Shown here in pieces: positions 38,339 to 45,407 of a stretch of DNA of 57,374 nucleotides; position 1 is the first letter of the stretch; the number at the start of each line of letters is the position of its first letter. The notes beneath the pieces are model-generated. The model saw only the letters and a program-made list of their open reading frames with translations, did not search any database and was not told the origin of the DNA. A program made the translations under genes and the position numbers. The stretch lies in the IMG/VR virus record IMGVR_UViG_3300005805_000103, positions 1-57,374 of that record; one strand, written 5' to 3'. Origin of the DNA: a virus (lineage: Duplodnaviria; Caudoviricetes).

Positions 38339-38368
38339 ATTATAAAGCGAAAATAATAACTGAGTCAA
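38339..38368 (-). promoter_or_regulatory. Sigma70-type early promoter
   Basis: TTGACT-18-TATAAT, then 5' hairpin and RBS. Confidence 0.8.
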
Positions 38369-38589
38369 GCTTGGGGGCTTTCCTCATCGTTGGGATTGAT
38401 GTTGACCCACGACAACGTGTCGCTGTCCCACATCATCTTCGACAGGGGCAAGCGCCATTGCATGACAAGCAACAGCACGTCCTCAAGCGAACTCTTCGGG
38501 GCACACAATGGCATGCCTGCCTTGGCGTCGATGACACTGTACCCCATCTCTTCACTACCTGAAAGGTAGAAGGGTTTGTCGTTTTGCAT
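38365..38589 (-). CDS. Hypothetical protein
   Basis: 74 aa ORF coupled to upstream gene. Confidence 0.5.
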   Translation of the reverse strand: MQNDKPFYLSGSEEMGYSVIDAKAGMPLCAPKSSLEDVLLLVMQWRLPLSKMMWDSDTLSWVNINPNDEESPQA

Positions 38590-38999
38590 CAGGCACCTTT
38601 CTCAAGTTGTCCGTCAATATCGTCAAGATATTTGACGCATTGTTCGTTGGTTACAACACCGTCACGCAGCATTGCTTCGAGCACATCCAATGCCCATGTT
38701 GGTGCTGACGAACATCCACGGGAGAACACAATGTCCGAGAATGTAGCGGCGGTGTATGGCTCGCTTGCCAAAATAATATCAGAGATATTTTTAATCGGAC
38801 CCGATACGTTCTTCATGTACACCGACGGGGGTTCAACCCAAACGTTGCCATTCGGAAACACCTCCGTTGTCGGCGGGTAATACTCGAACACCATGCCGCT
38901 TGGAAACGTTTGCATTGCTGCTGCACCATACCGGCACCGACGATCATAGCCGGGGTTCGGCACGTCACGGGTCAGGATGCGAAGCTCTCGAACTTTCAT
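38589..38999 (-). CDS. Hypothetical protein
   Basis: 136 aa ORF. Confidence 0.6.
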   Translation of the reverse strand: MKVRELRILTRDVPNPGYDRRCRYGAAAMQTFPSGMVFEYYPPTTEVFPNGNVWVEPPSVYMKNVSGPIKNISDIILASEPYTAATFSDIVFSRGCSSAPTWALDVLEAMLRDGVVTNEQCVKYLDDIDGQLEKGA

Positions 39000-39000
39000 G

Positions 39001-39129
39001 TCAATACCCCTTCAGTGTGATGGTACGGGTGCCGTGATCGGCATGGAACACAATGTTCTCACGCATCAGCATGACGATGATCAGCACCATACCTTCGGTG
39101 CTGTCGCAGTAGATAGTAGACGATGCCAC
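39001..39129 (-). CDS. Small hypothetical protein (42 aa, GTG start)
   Basis: Preceded by the TTCCTGAAAGGAAA RBS element. Confidence 0.5.
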   Translation of the reverse strand: MASSTIYCDSTEGMVLIIVMLMRENIVFHADHGTRTITLKGY

Positions 39130-39148
39130 GTTAGTTTCCTTTCAGGAA

Positions 39149-39307
39149 TTAGTAGCGACGACGAACAAAGGGCGAAGCATCAACATCAGCATACGCTGCT
39201 GCCCATTCGGCAGCGTCACGTTGTGTCCATGATCGATGCTTGATGATGCGTCCACCCCAGTAGACGACGACAGTGTAGCGAGAGAACAACAGCGCAAGTG
39301 TTTTCAT
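39149..39307 (-). CDS. Small hypothetical protein (52 aa)
   Basis: MKTLALLFSRYTVVVYWGG...; RBS AGGAGG. Confidence 0.5.
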   Translation of the reverse strand: MKTLALLFSRYTVVVYWGGRIIKHRSWTQRDAAEWAAAYADVDASPFVRRRY

Positions 39308-39468
39308 GCTTCCTCCTGAACGTATTCGATGATTGCCGACAACACTTCAAGCGAAGCATCGACGCTGTCTTCGTCGGGATTCCATTCACCATTGCGAAGC
39401 AACTCGAAATCATTTCGCAGACAGCAGAGTAGGTCAAGAACTTCGTTCTTATTTTGTGGCATTTTCAT
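39304..39468 (-). CDS. Small acidic hypothetical protein (54 aa)
   Basis: MKMPQNKNEVLDLLCCLRNDFELLRNGEWNPDEDS... Confidence 0.5.
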   Translation of the reverse strand: MKMPQNKNEVLDLLCCLRNDFELLRNGEWNPDEDSVDASLEVLSAIIEYVQEEA

Positions 39469-39821
39469 AACAGTTCCTCCGGAATGTCGATGCTGTCACC
39501 CAATGCACCGGCTGCATAGACTCGCATTGCTGCAATGAGCGGTGTTGCTCCGTGTTCCTCTGCACCAGACGGCAATGTTGCAATCCAAGGGCGAGCGCTG
39601 TCAATGTCGGCTCGATAGTCGAGCGTTATTCTTTCCCGTTCGATGATGACGCCGCCTTGTGCCCAGTTGGTTGACGGCCCCCACAGTAAACGATGCTTAC
39701 GCCCCACAATTTCTTTAAATGAAACCACTTCCCCATTGTCAAACAATGGGTCTTGTTCTTCGCTCTTCGCCACCGCCCAGTCGAGGGCAGCACCGTTGAG
39801 AACGTTGATCTTGATTTTCAT
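39465..39821 (-). CDS. NinX/DUF2591-like protein
   Basis: LNGAALDWAVAK, PSTNWAQGG.IIERE, G.TPLIAAMR. Confidence 0.8.
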   Translation of the reverse strand: MKIKINVLNGAALDWAVAKSEEQDPLFDNGEVVSFKEIVGRKHRLLWGPSTNWAQGGVIIERERITLDYRADIDSARPWIATLPSGAEEHGATPLIAAMRVYAAGALGDSIDIPEELL

Positions 39822-40048
39822 AGCTGTCCTCCTTCGGAGATGGTGTTCCAAGCACCGGGCCTGTAAACAATTTCGCAGCGGGTTAGTTCGGGAATGACGT
39901 AGCTGTCATACCGGGCAAGCATTGCGTCGGCAGCATCTTCGTTGGGCAAGTCCATCACCGCTTGCACGTTCTGCACAATGCAGATGGGAGACGCGTTCTT
40001 GCCAATGGCAAAGCTTCCAAATTCCATGTCGCCAAAAAGCACTTTCAT
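39818..40048 (-). CDS. Hypothetical protein
   Basis: 76 aa, RBS GAAAGG. Confidence 0.55.
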   Translation of the reverse strand: MKVLFGDMEFGSFAIGKNASPICIVQNVQAVMDLPNEDAADAMLARYDSYVIPELTRCEIVYRPGAWNTISEGGQL

Positions 40049-40060
40049 AGCTGTCGCCTT

Positions 40061-40528
40061 TCAGGTGTTGGGGAATGAATAGATGCCGATGACACGGGTG
40101 CCGGGTCGAACAGGCCCAGTGTCGATGATCTGCCCATTGATGAGGGCAAATACATGTCCCTTCACGCTGACGATGTGGCGTCCCTTCGGGAAACGCTCCG
40201 ACACTTTCGCAACGGTGCAGCCCTTGTCGTTGACTGCATCAGCGCCGCAGTTGTAATACTTCATGATGCGTTCACGCTTGGCACCGCTACGCCCCATTGC
40301 AGTGTAGACACCGCCATGCAACCGGGCAAGCTCGCTTGTCGTCGTCACCTTCGTGCCCTTGTATTGCCTACGCCCCATGCGGAACAGCGCATCACGGACA
40401 TTGGGGTAGGTGTCAACGCCAATGTTGGCGAAGGCTCGAATGACACAATCGTTCTTGTCGTCGATCCCGAAGTCGTCTGCGACGTAGCCGGGATGAGCAG
40501 GAATGTGGGAGGTGGTGAGTGTTCGCAT
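40061..40528 (-). CDS. Conserved phage protein with papain-like C/H/D signature
   Basis: NDCVIRA...GHVFALING.IIDT; own promoter. Confidence 0.55.
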   Translation of the reverse strand: MRTLTTSHIPAHPGYVADDFGIDDKNDCVIRAFANIGVDTYPNVRDALFRMGRRQYKGTKVTTTSELARLHGGVYTAMGRSGAKRERIMKYYNCGADAVNDKGCTVAKVSERFPKGRHIVSVKGHVFALINGQIIDTGPVRPGTRVIGIYSFPNT

Positions 40529-40561
40529 AGATTGCTCCGTTGCGTTGATCGATGGGGACAG

Positions 40562-40590
40562 ATTGTGGCAGGAAATAATATCCCTGTCAA
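40562..40590 (-). promoter_or_regulatory. Sigma70-type early promoter
   Basis: TTGACA-17-CACAAT. Confidence 0.7.
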
Positions 40591-40600
40591 CTGTGGGGGT

Positions 40601-40795
40601 TTAGATGAAAGCCGGTGCCGATTCCATATCGATGCGTCGTGCAACTTCGTTGCCGTACAGATACGCCAACGCATACCACACGCTATCGTTTATGTCCATC
40701 TCAGCACGATAGTTCGTGTACAGTTCGCAGAACATATCGTCGTCGCCCCGGTGCAGGGCATACTCTTGAGCGGCAGCAAGAAATTTTTGTTTCAC
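40601..40795 (-). CDS. Hypothetical early protein
   Basis: GTG start after RBS element. Confidence 0.6.
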   Translation of the reverse strand: MKQKFLAAAQEYALHRGDDDMFCELYTNYRAEMDINDSVWYALAYLYGNEVARRIDMESAPAFI

Positions 40796-40806
40796 GGTAT
40801 TTCCTT

Positions 40807-41094
40807 TCAGGAACCGAAGGTGAGGGTGATGACGGTGATGGGTTTGATGCCTTCAGTTACGGTGAGGTGCCGACTAACGTAGAACCCTTCGAAGAAGCAA
40901 TGGTGCATGTCTTTTGTTTTCTGCTGCGATTCTTTGGCGCAACTGAACAGCTTGCCCCATGTCGGGTTGTCCAAAATTTGTGACATGTACGATTGCGAAT
41001 CCTCGCCTCCGAAATAGTCGTCAGCTTCAGCGACGACAATGCATTTGCCGGGGAAGGCGATTGCTCGCTTGCTCTCATCTACAGAATAGTGCAT
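40807..41094 (-). CDS. Hypothetical early protein
   Basis: Start MHYSV; NPTW..L...A.......D.HHCFFEG motif. Confidence 0.65.
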   Translation of the reverse strand: MHYSVDESKRAIAFPGKCIVVAEADDYFGGEDSQSYMSQILDNPTWGKLFSCAKESQQKTKDMHHCFFEGFYVSRHLTVTEGIKPITVITLTFGS

Positions 41095-41095
41095 G

Positions 41096-41500
41096 TTAGT
41101 TCCTTTCAGGAAAGAGGTAGTCGCTAGCATAGATGGCACCACGTCCGTTGACGGATGCAACGATGACACGCTTAGCCGATGCAATCGGCGTCTCATTCAC
41201 AGCGGTGACGAAGCTGTCGAATTTGTAGGGATTGTACTTGACCGGCGTATACATTGCTTCGGCAATGTGAATAGTTGAGTAGTGAGCAGGGAGATTTGTC
41301 ATCGTCCCGACAACACCGGCATGCACATTCTTGCGACGTTCACGTAGCACCCGCTGACGTCCAGCCTGTGACACCTTGAACGTAGCGTTGACAAGCTCGA
41401 CGCTGTCAGCATGGGCAATGACACGCCCCTTGTTCTCGCCTTCGAGCGCCTTCACGCTCAGGCATTTCTTGTGCAGGTTGAAGTAGACAAACACTCGCAT
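41096..41500 (-). CDS. Conserved phage early protein (VYFNLHK...RKNVHA...YNPY family)
   Basis: Motif pattern recurrent in phage early regions; RBS element upstream. Confidence 0.75.
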   Translation of the reverse strand: MRVFVYFNLHKKCLSVKALEGENKGRVIAHADSVELVNATFKVSQAGRQRVLRERRKNVHAGVVGTMTNLPAHYSTIHIAEAMYTPVKYNPYKFDSFVTAVNETPIASAKRVIVASVNGRGAIYASDYLFPERN

Positions 41501-41511
41501 GTTGTTTCCTT

Positions 41512-41724
41512 TCAGGAAAGGGTTGCTTCCGGACCTTTTAAAAGCATCAACCCGGCTTCAAAGGTGATGGCGTGGAACCCGATAGTACCGGGCATTGCAT
41601 CTGACTTGAGTTCGGGGGATACCAATTGGAACCACCATGCGCGGTCCCCGTTGCCAAGCTCCGCTTCCCTAGCGATCCACTTGTGACCGGTGCGTTCGGT
41701 GATGGAATAGGTAGGTGTGCTCAC
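41512..41724 (-). CDS. Hypothetical early protein
   Basis: GTG start after RBS element; stop codon inside next element. Confidence 0.55.
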   Translation of the reverse strand: MSTPTYSITERTGHKWIAREAELGNGDRAWWFQLVSPELKSDAMPGTIGFHAITFEAGLMLLKGPEATLS

Positions 41725-41736
41725 GATGGTTTCCTT

Positions 41737-41889
41737 TCAGGAAGATAGCAGCAATTGCTTGAGGAAGGGTATTGCAAACCCTGTGAGGTTTGACAATTCC
41801 CGTAGCGTCATGCTCGGGTTGTTGTCGTAGATACGCTTGACGTCATCAAGCGACAGCCCATTGATAGGGCGCTTCAATGTGTATGCCAC
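41737..41889 (-). CDS. Small HTH-like protein (50 aa)
   Basis: MAYTLKRPINGLSLDDVKRIYDNNPSMTLRELSNLTGFAIPFLKQLLLSS. Confidence 0.55.
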   Translation of the reverse strand: MAYTLKRPINGLSLDDVKRIYDNNPSMTLRELSNLTGFAIPFLKQLLLSS

Positions 41890-41913
41890 GTTGTTTCCTT
41901 TCAGGAAAGGTTG

Positions 41914-41988
41914 TCAGAATGCGTCGCGTTCCAGCCATATCCAAAACACGATGAGTGCAAGGATGATGGCAAAGAAATAATGTTCCAT
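41914..41988 (-). CDS. 24-aa hydrophobic peptide
   Basis: MEHYFFAIILALIVFWIWLERDAF with RBS AAAGGA. Confidence 0.4.
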   Translation of the reverse strand: MEHYFFAIILALIVFWIWLERDAF

Positions 41989-42183
41989 TATTTGTGTATC
42001 CTTTGTAGGCTTTGTCGAATGCTCCGCATTGAAGCATTCAAGAAAACCCCCTATCGCAAGAGCACCCACTCTCACTTGGGGACAGGTGGTATAGATGCCG
42101 CGCTCTATCCAACGCATGATGCCTTAACGTATGCATCATTCACGCTAGCCCATAGTGCATCTGTCACATGCACCGACACTAGC

Positions 42184-42218
42184 ATTAAATTTTTAAAGAG
42201 CGTGAAGCTTTCGGCTTC
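42184..42218 (-). promoter_or_regulatory. Hairpin + boxA antitermination-like signal
   Basis: Minus strand GAAGC-CGAAA-GCTTC then CGCTCTTTAAAAATTTAAT just downstream of a strong promoter. Confidence 0.65.
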
Positions 42219-42230
42219 GTGTTGCTTTCT

Positions 42231-42260
42231 ATTATAAGGGCGTTGCAATTCCCTTGTCAA
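42231..42260 (-). promoter_or_regulatory. Sigma70-type early promoter
   Basis: TTGACA-18-TATAAT. Confidence 0.85.
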
Positions 42261-42264
42261 CTGT

Positions 42265-42405
42265 GGGGGCTTTCGACCCCATCGTCAACGCTTCGCATAA
42301 CGTCGTCTGTAACATACAGGCTAAGCTACGCTTCGATACTACGCTTGTGTCGTAACCCGGCATCACCCGGCTAGCTTCTCACCGACTCGGCGTCGTCTCG
42401 CATTG
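42265..42405 (-). ncRNA. Candidate small non-coding RNA
   Basis: Consensus promoter upstream, no RBS-led ORF, several stems, ends in GGGGTC-GAAA-GCCCC hairpin. Confidence 0.35.
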
Positions 42406-42411
42406 GCTTTT

Positions 42412-42441
42412 ATTATAATCGCCAACGAAAAACCCTGTCAA
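42412..42441 (-). promoter_or_regulatory. Sigma70-type early promoter
   Basis: TTGACA-18-TATAAT. Confidence 0.85.
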
Positions 42442-42487
42442 CTGTAGGGGCTTTCGTTGACGTCCCCCGAAGGGGAGTCGTCGCATG

Positions 42488-43357
42488 TTAGTGGACAGCG
42501 ATAGCTATCACCTTACCCTTGAACACGTCGCTACCGCAAGCATGCCCCACGCTGGTGCAGGTGCCGCACTTGCCGGGGCAGGGAAACACCTTGCTATCAA
42601 AGATAGCACGAAGGGCATCGTTGACCGGCTTCGTGCCGTAGTCGGCAGCTTTGATTTTGCGACCGATGCTAACAGCGACAAAGTCGCCACGGGTAAACGC
42701 TTGCTGACGAACAAAGTCTACGACTTCGGCACTTGCATTGTGACCCGACGAGATGTTCAACTTATAGTTGACCGGCACATATCCGCCGGATTCAACGAAG
42801 CTCTTCAGCAAAGCGAAGCTCTTGCTGTAGCCGTAGGCTTTGACATTCGGCAACACTGTCAGGGTTTGCATCCAAAATTCAATGTCGTAGACATTGGAAA
42901 AGTCTCCGTCAACGTAGAGACGGAAATCGAACCCTGTCGGGTTCTGTCGGACAACATCACCCATTGCACCCAAAATCGCTCTGCGATTAAAGCGCATCAG
43001 ATACGCATTCTGTGCCTGACGGAAAAACGCTGACGGATAACGCCACGCCCTGAAGCTGTAGCAGAATGCTAAGCATTCTCCGGCACCGGGGCAAGTAACA
43101 CCGGGCAGAGTGCTGAAAGCATAGAACGGCAGCTTGCTGTTGCCTTTGGCAAGGATGCTAAAGGGGATAGCGTTATCTCCGATAACGGCAGCGAACTTCG
43201 TCATGGCTTTCTGCCAACCCTTTGTTGCAAACAAAGGCGACGAACGCAATGAAGCAAAAGCTTCAGCGATATCGGCTTCGCTGCCGGTTTGGACGACGAC
43301 AGCGAACTGCTGCAAAGCAGCGAACTTAGGTGCCTTAGCGAATGAACGTGTTTGCAT
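42488..43357 (-). CDS. GP88-like cysteine-rich (radical-SAM-related) protein
   Basis: Start MQTRSF; GNSKL, TCPGAGECLAFCY, RLYVDGDF, YGYSKS, CPGKCGTC....HAC. Confidence 0.7.
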   Translation of the reverse strand: MQTRSFAKAPKFAALQQFAVVVQTGSEADIAEAFASLRSSPLFATKGWQKAMTKFAAVIGDNAIPFSILAKGNSKLPFYAFSTLPGVTCPGAGECLAFCYSFRAWRYPSAFFRQAQNAYLMRFNRRAILGAMGDVVRQNPTGFDFRLYVDGDFSNVYDIEFWMQTLTVLPNVKAYGYSKSFALLKSFVESGGYVPVNYKLNISSGHNASAEVVDFVRQQAFTRGDFVAVSIGRKIKAADYGTKPVNDALRAIFDSKVFPCPGKCGTCTSVGHACGSDVFKGKVIAIAVH

Positions 43358-43406
43358 GGTGTTTCCTTTCAGGAAAGTGACGGCGGGATTGCCGTCGATG
43401 GGCCGC

Positions 43407-43436
43407 ATTATTGCCGCTTTCGAAAAACCCTGTCAA
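43407..43436 (-). promoter_or_regulatory. Sigma70-type early promoter
   Basis: TTGACA-18-AATAAT followed by conserved leader. Confidence 0.75.
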
Positions 43437-43479
43437 CTGTAGGGCTTTTCGGAAACGCCCCCCGAAGGGGACGGCTTCA

Positions 43480-43680
43480 TTACATATACGCTACCATGTA
43501 TTCCGGCTTTGCCGGGACTTTGCGGACAAGCGGTCGAATTTGCTTCGCAAACCACGACAGCTCTTCGATTTCCCTTTCTGCATCTTTCAGATGCGAGAAA
43601 ACTCGACCATGCTTGTGCCACTTGCCATCAAGCTTTGTCTCATGGGTTACTACGTAAACGATTTCGCATTTTTGTGACAT
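43480..43680 (-). CDS. Hypothetical early protein
   Basis: 66 aa, own promoter/leader cassette. Confidence 0.65.
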   Translation of the reverse strand: MSQKCEIVYVVTHETKLDGKWHKHGRVFSHLKDAEREIEELSWFAKQIRPLVRKVPAKPEYMVAYM

Positions 43681-43728
43681 GGTGTTTCCTTTCAGGAAAG
43701 CGACAGCGGGATGCCGTCAATGGGGTCA

Positions 43729-43758
43729 ATTATAGGGGCCGATGAAAGCCCCTGTCAA
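43729..43758 (-). promoter_or_regulatory. Sigma70-type early promoter
   Basis: TTGACA-18-TATAAT followed by conserved leader. Confidence 0.85.
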
Positions 43759-43766
43759 GTCTGGGG

Positions 43767-43946
43767 TTATTCTGCTGTTGCTGCCTTTTCGGCAGCAGCA
43801 ACTTGCTTCGCAACCGTCCACACAAGATTCTGATAATGAACCATGTCGTCATAATGACGACGATCATCGGTTCGAGCATATTCAAGAGTTGCCTTCAACA
43901 GCTTCGCTGTTGCGACACGGATCATCGTAGCGTGATGCTTGCTCAT
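43767..43946 (-). CDS. First early protein (59 aa)
   Basis: Start MSKHHA after conserved leader/RBS. Confidence 0.6.
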   Translation of the reverse strand: MSKHHATMIRVATAKLLKATLEYARTDDRRHYDDMVHYQNLVWTVAKQVAAAEKAATAE

Positions 43947-43994
43947 GGTGTTTCCTTTCAGGAAGCCGACAGCGGGATGCCGTCGATGGAATGC

Positions 43995-44024
43995 ATTGTT
44001 GCCGGAAAAGAATACCCGAGTCAA
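43995..44024 (-). promoter_or_regulatory. Sigma70-type early promoter
   Basis: TTGACT-18-AACAAT followed by conserved leader. Confidence 0.65.
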
Positions 44025-44049
44025 GCGAAGGGTCTTTCGGCAGCAAAGC

Positions 44050-45070
44050 TGCACCGTGCATGCGTAGTGCGGGGTAGTTCGATGTTGTACATCGAAAGAG
44101 GGGGTATGCTCTACCGCTAAGTTAGTGGTTACTAACCAAGGGGATTTTGCTCGAATACGACATCCGCAGTCATTCCGTAGGAATGTAGCTAAGCTGTTGA
44201 TTTGCAAAGCAAATGACGTCACGCATGATCGTGCGCTAGAGCGCATTATGCGCGATCACACACACGCACCATGTGCGCGGATGACGTGAGCATGACGTGG
44301 GCGGGCGTGGGCCACTGGGGGGTGCCTGCGCTATTGTATATAGCCTCGCACACAGATCAGGATTTTTAAGTTTGTTAGTGGTTACTAACTTAGCATGCCA
44401 ATAAAATCAACGATCTACACCATCCTGCACACACGCCACAGTCTGCACCGCTCGACACCATCCGGCACCAAACGACACCGCTCGGCACCACAATGACAGC
44501 AAAAACATAGCTTTGTCGCATTAAATAAATGGGGACAGAGACGACAACGTGCTATGGTGATGAGAATCATTCGCATTTACATAAGAATAAATGGGGACAG
44601 AGTCGTTTTCGCTTGACAACGACACGCCAGCTATGTAAAACTGGGGGCATCGTAGACGGACGGATAACGGTGGCGTCTACGAGAACAGCATAGCTGTTTA
44701 TAGCGCTACCACGGGAGAGACATTGAAACAGCGCAACAGGATGGCGAAGATAGCGTCCTAATGTCGAAAGGCTGTCGTATGAGCTAACAAAGCTCTAAAG
44801 GCTCCCCACAGGAGTCTTAGTGTATCTATAGAGAGTTAAAGAACAATAATAATATCTCTGATGCATGCTTCTAGTTGGTTTTATCTTTATACCTTGTTAA
44901 CAATTTAAACACGCCAGTATCAGCATCTCATTGTTTAAAACAATGTTTATACATAAGAAATGCTGACAGCACAACTAAGTCGTTACTACTACGCTGTCAG
45001 CAACCGATAACAACCTATACAGTCTATATAAGGGAATTCTAACGAGTTCCCTTTTTTGTTAACCAAAAGC
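44050..45070. other. Non-coding divergence region, probable genome termini/packaging region
   Basis: ~1 kb without credible ORFs between divergent arms; palindromes, IHF-like sites, phased repeats. Confidence 0.6.
45030..45057 (+). terminator. Intrinsic terminator
   Basis: AAGGGAATTC-TAAC-GAGTTCCCTTTTTT. Confidence 0.75.
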
Positions 45071-45078
45071 GGGTGTTG

Positions 45079-45107
45079 TTGACAAACAACGCATATTGGT
45101 TTACATT
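45079..45107 (+). promoter_or_regulatory. Sigma70-type promoter at start of late arm
   Basis: TTGACA-17-TACATT upstream of RBS GAAAGGAAG. Confidence 0.6.
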
Positions 45108-45129
45108 GTTATCCCGAAAGGAAGACGAT

Positions 45130-45384
45130 GTGGCCCGCTTCAAAACACGAAAAGAACTCGGAGAGCTTATAAATAGCCCACCGCATAGCTACTATTCTGT
45201 TGCCATGAAACAAGTGTTCAAAGACAAAGAAGAAGTAAAGACGGTGGGATATCACTCTGATGTTTACTATGTCAGAGCAGCGTTAGAAAGGCATACAGGT
45301 TTGTTACTTCCGCTTCCGGCTGTTGACAAGGCAATGCGTGACGAAGGCTGGTATGAAGGCGTTGTCAATAGACGTCGCTATTGA
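45130..45384 (+). CDS. Conserved hypothetical protein
   Basis: GTG start at 45130; HSDVYYVRAALE..TG motif. Confidence 0.65.
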   Translation: MARFKTRKELGELINSPPHSYYSVAMKQVFKDKEEVKTVGYHSDVYYVRAALERHTGLLLPLPAVDKAMRDEGWYEGVVNRRRY

Positions 45385-45407
45385 TTTCTGTTACAACGCG
45401 GAGTAAT

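Noticed and set aside
38290-43965. Repeated TTTCCTTTCAGGAA as a CRISPR-like array
   Set aside because: Spacing is irregular (hundreds to thousands of bp), intervening DNA is coding, and each copy is an RBS element; no cas genes
42260-45070. tRNA or hammerhead ribozyme in the non-coding stretches
   Set aside because: No cloverleaf with T-loop GTTCRA and CCA end, and no properly flanked CTGATGA...GAAA core found by eye; a covariance-model search would be decisive
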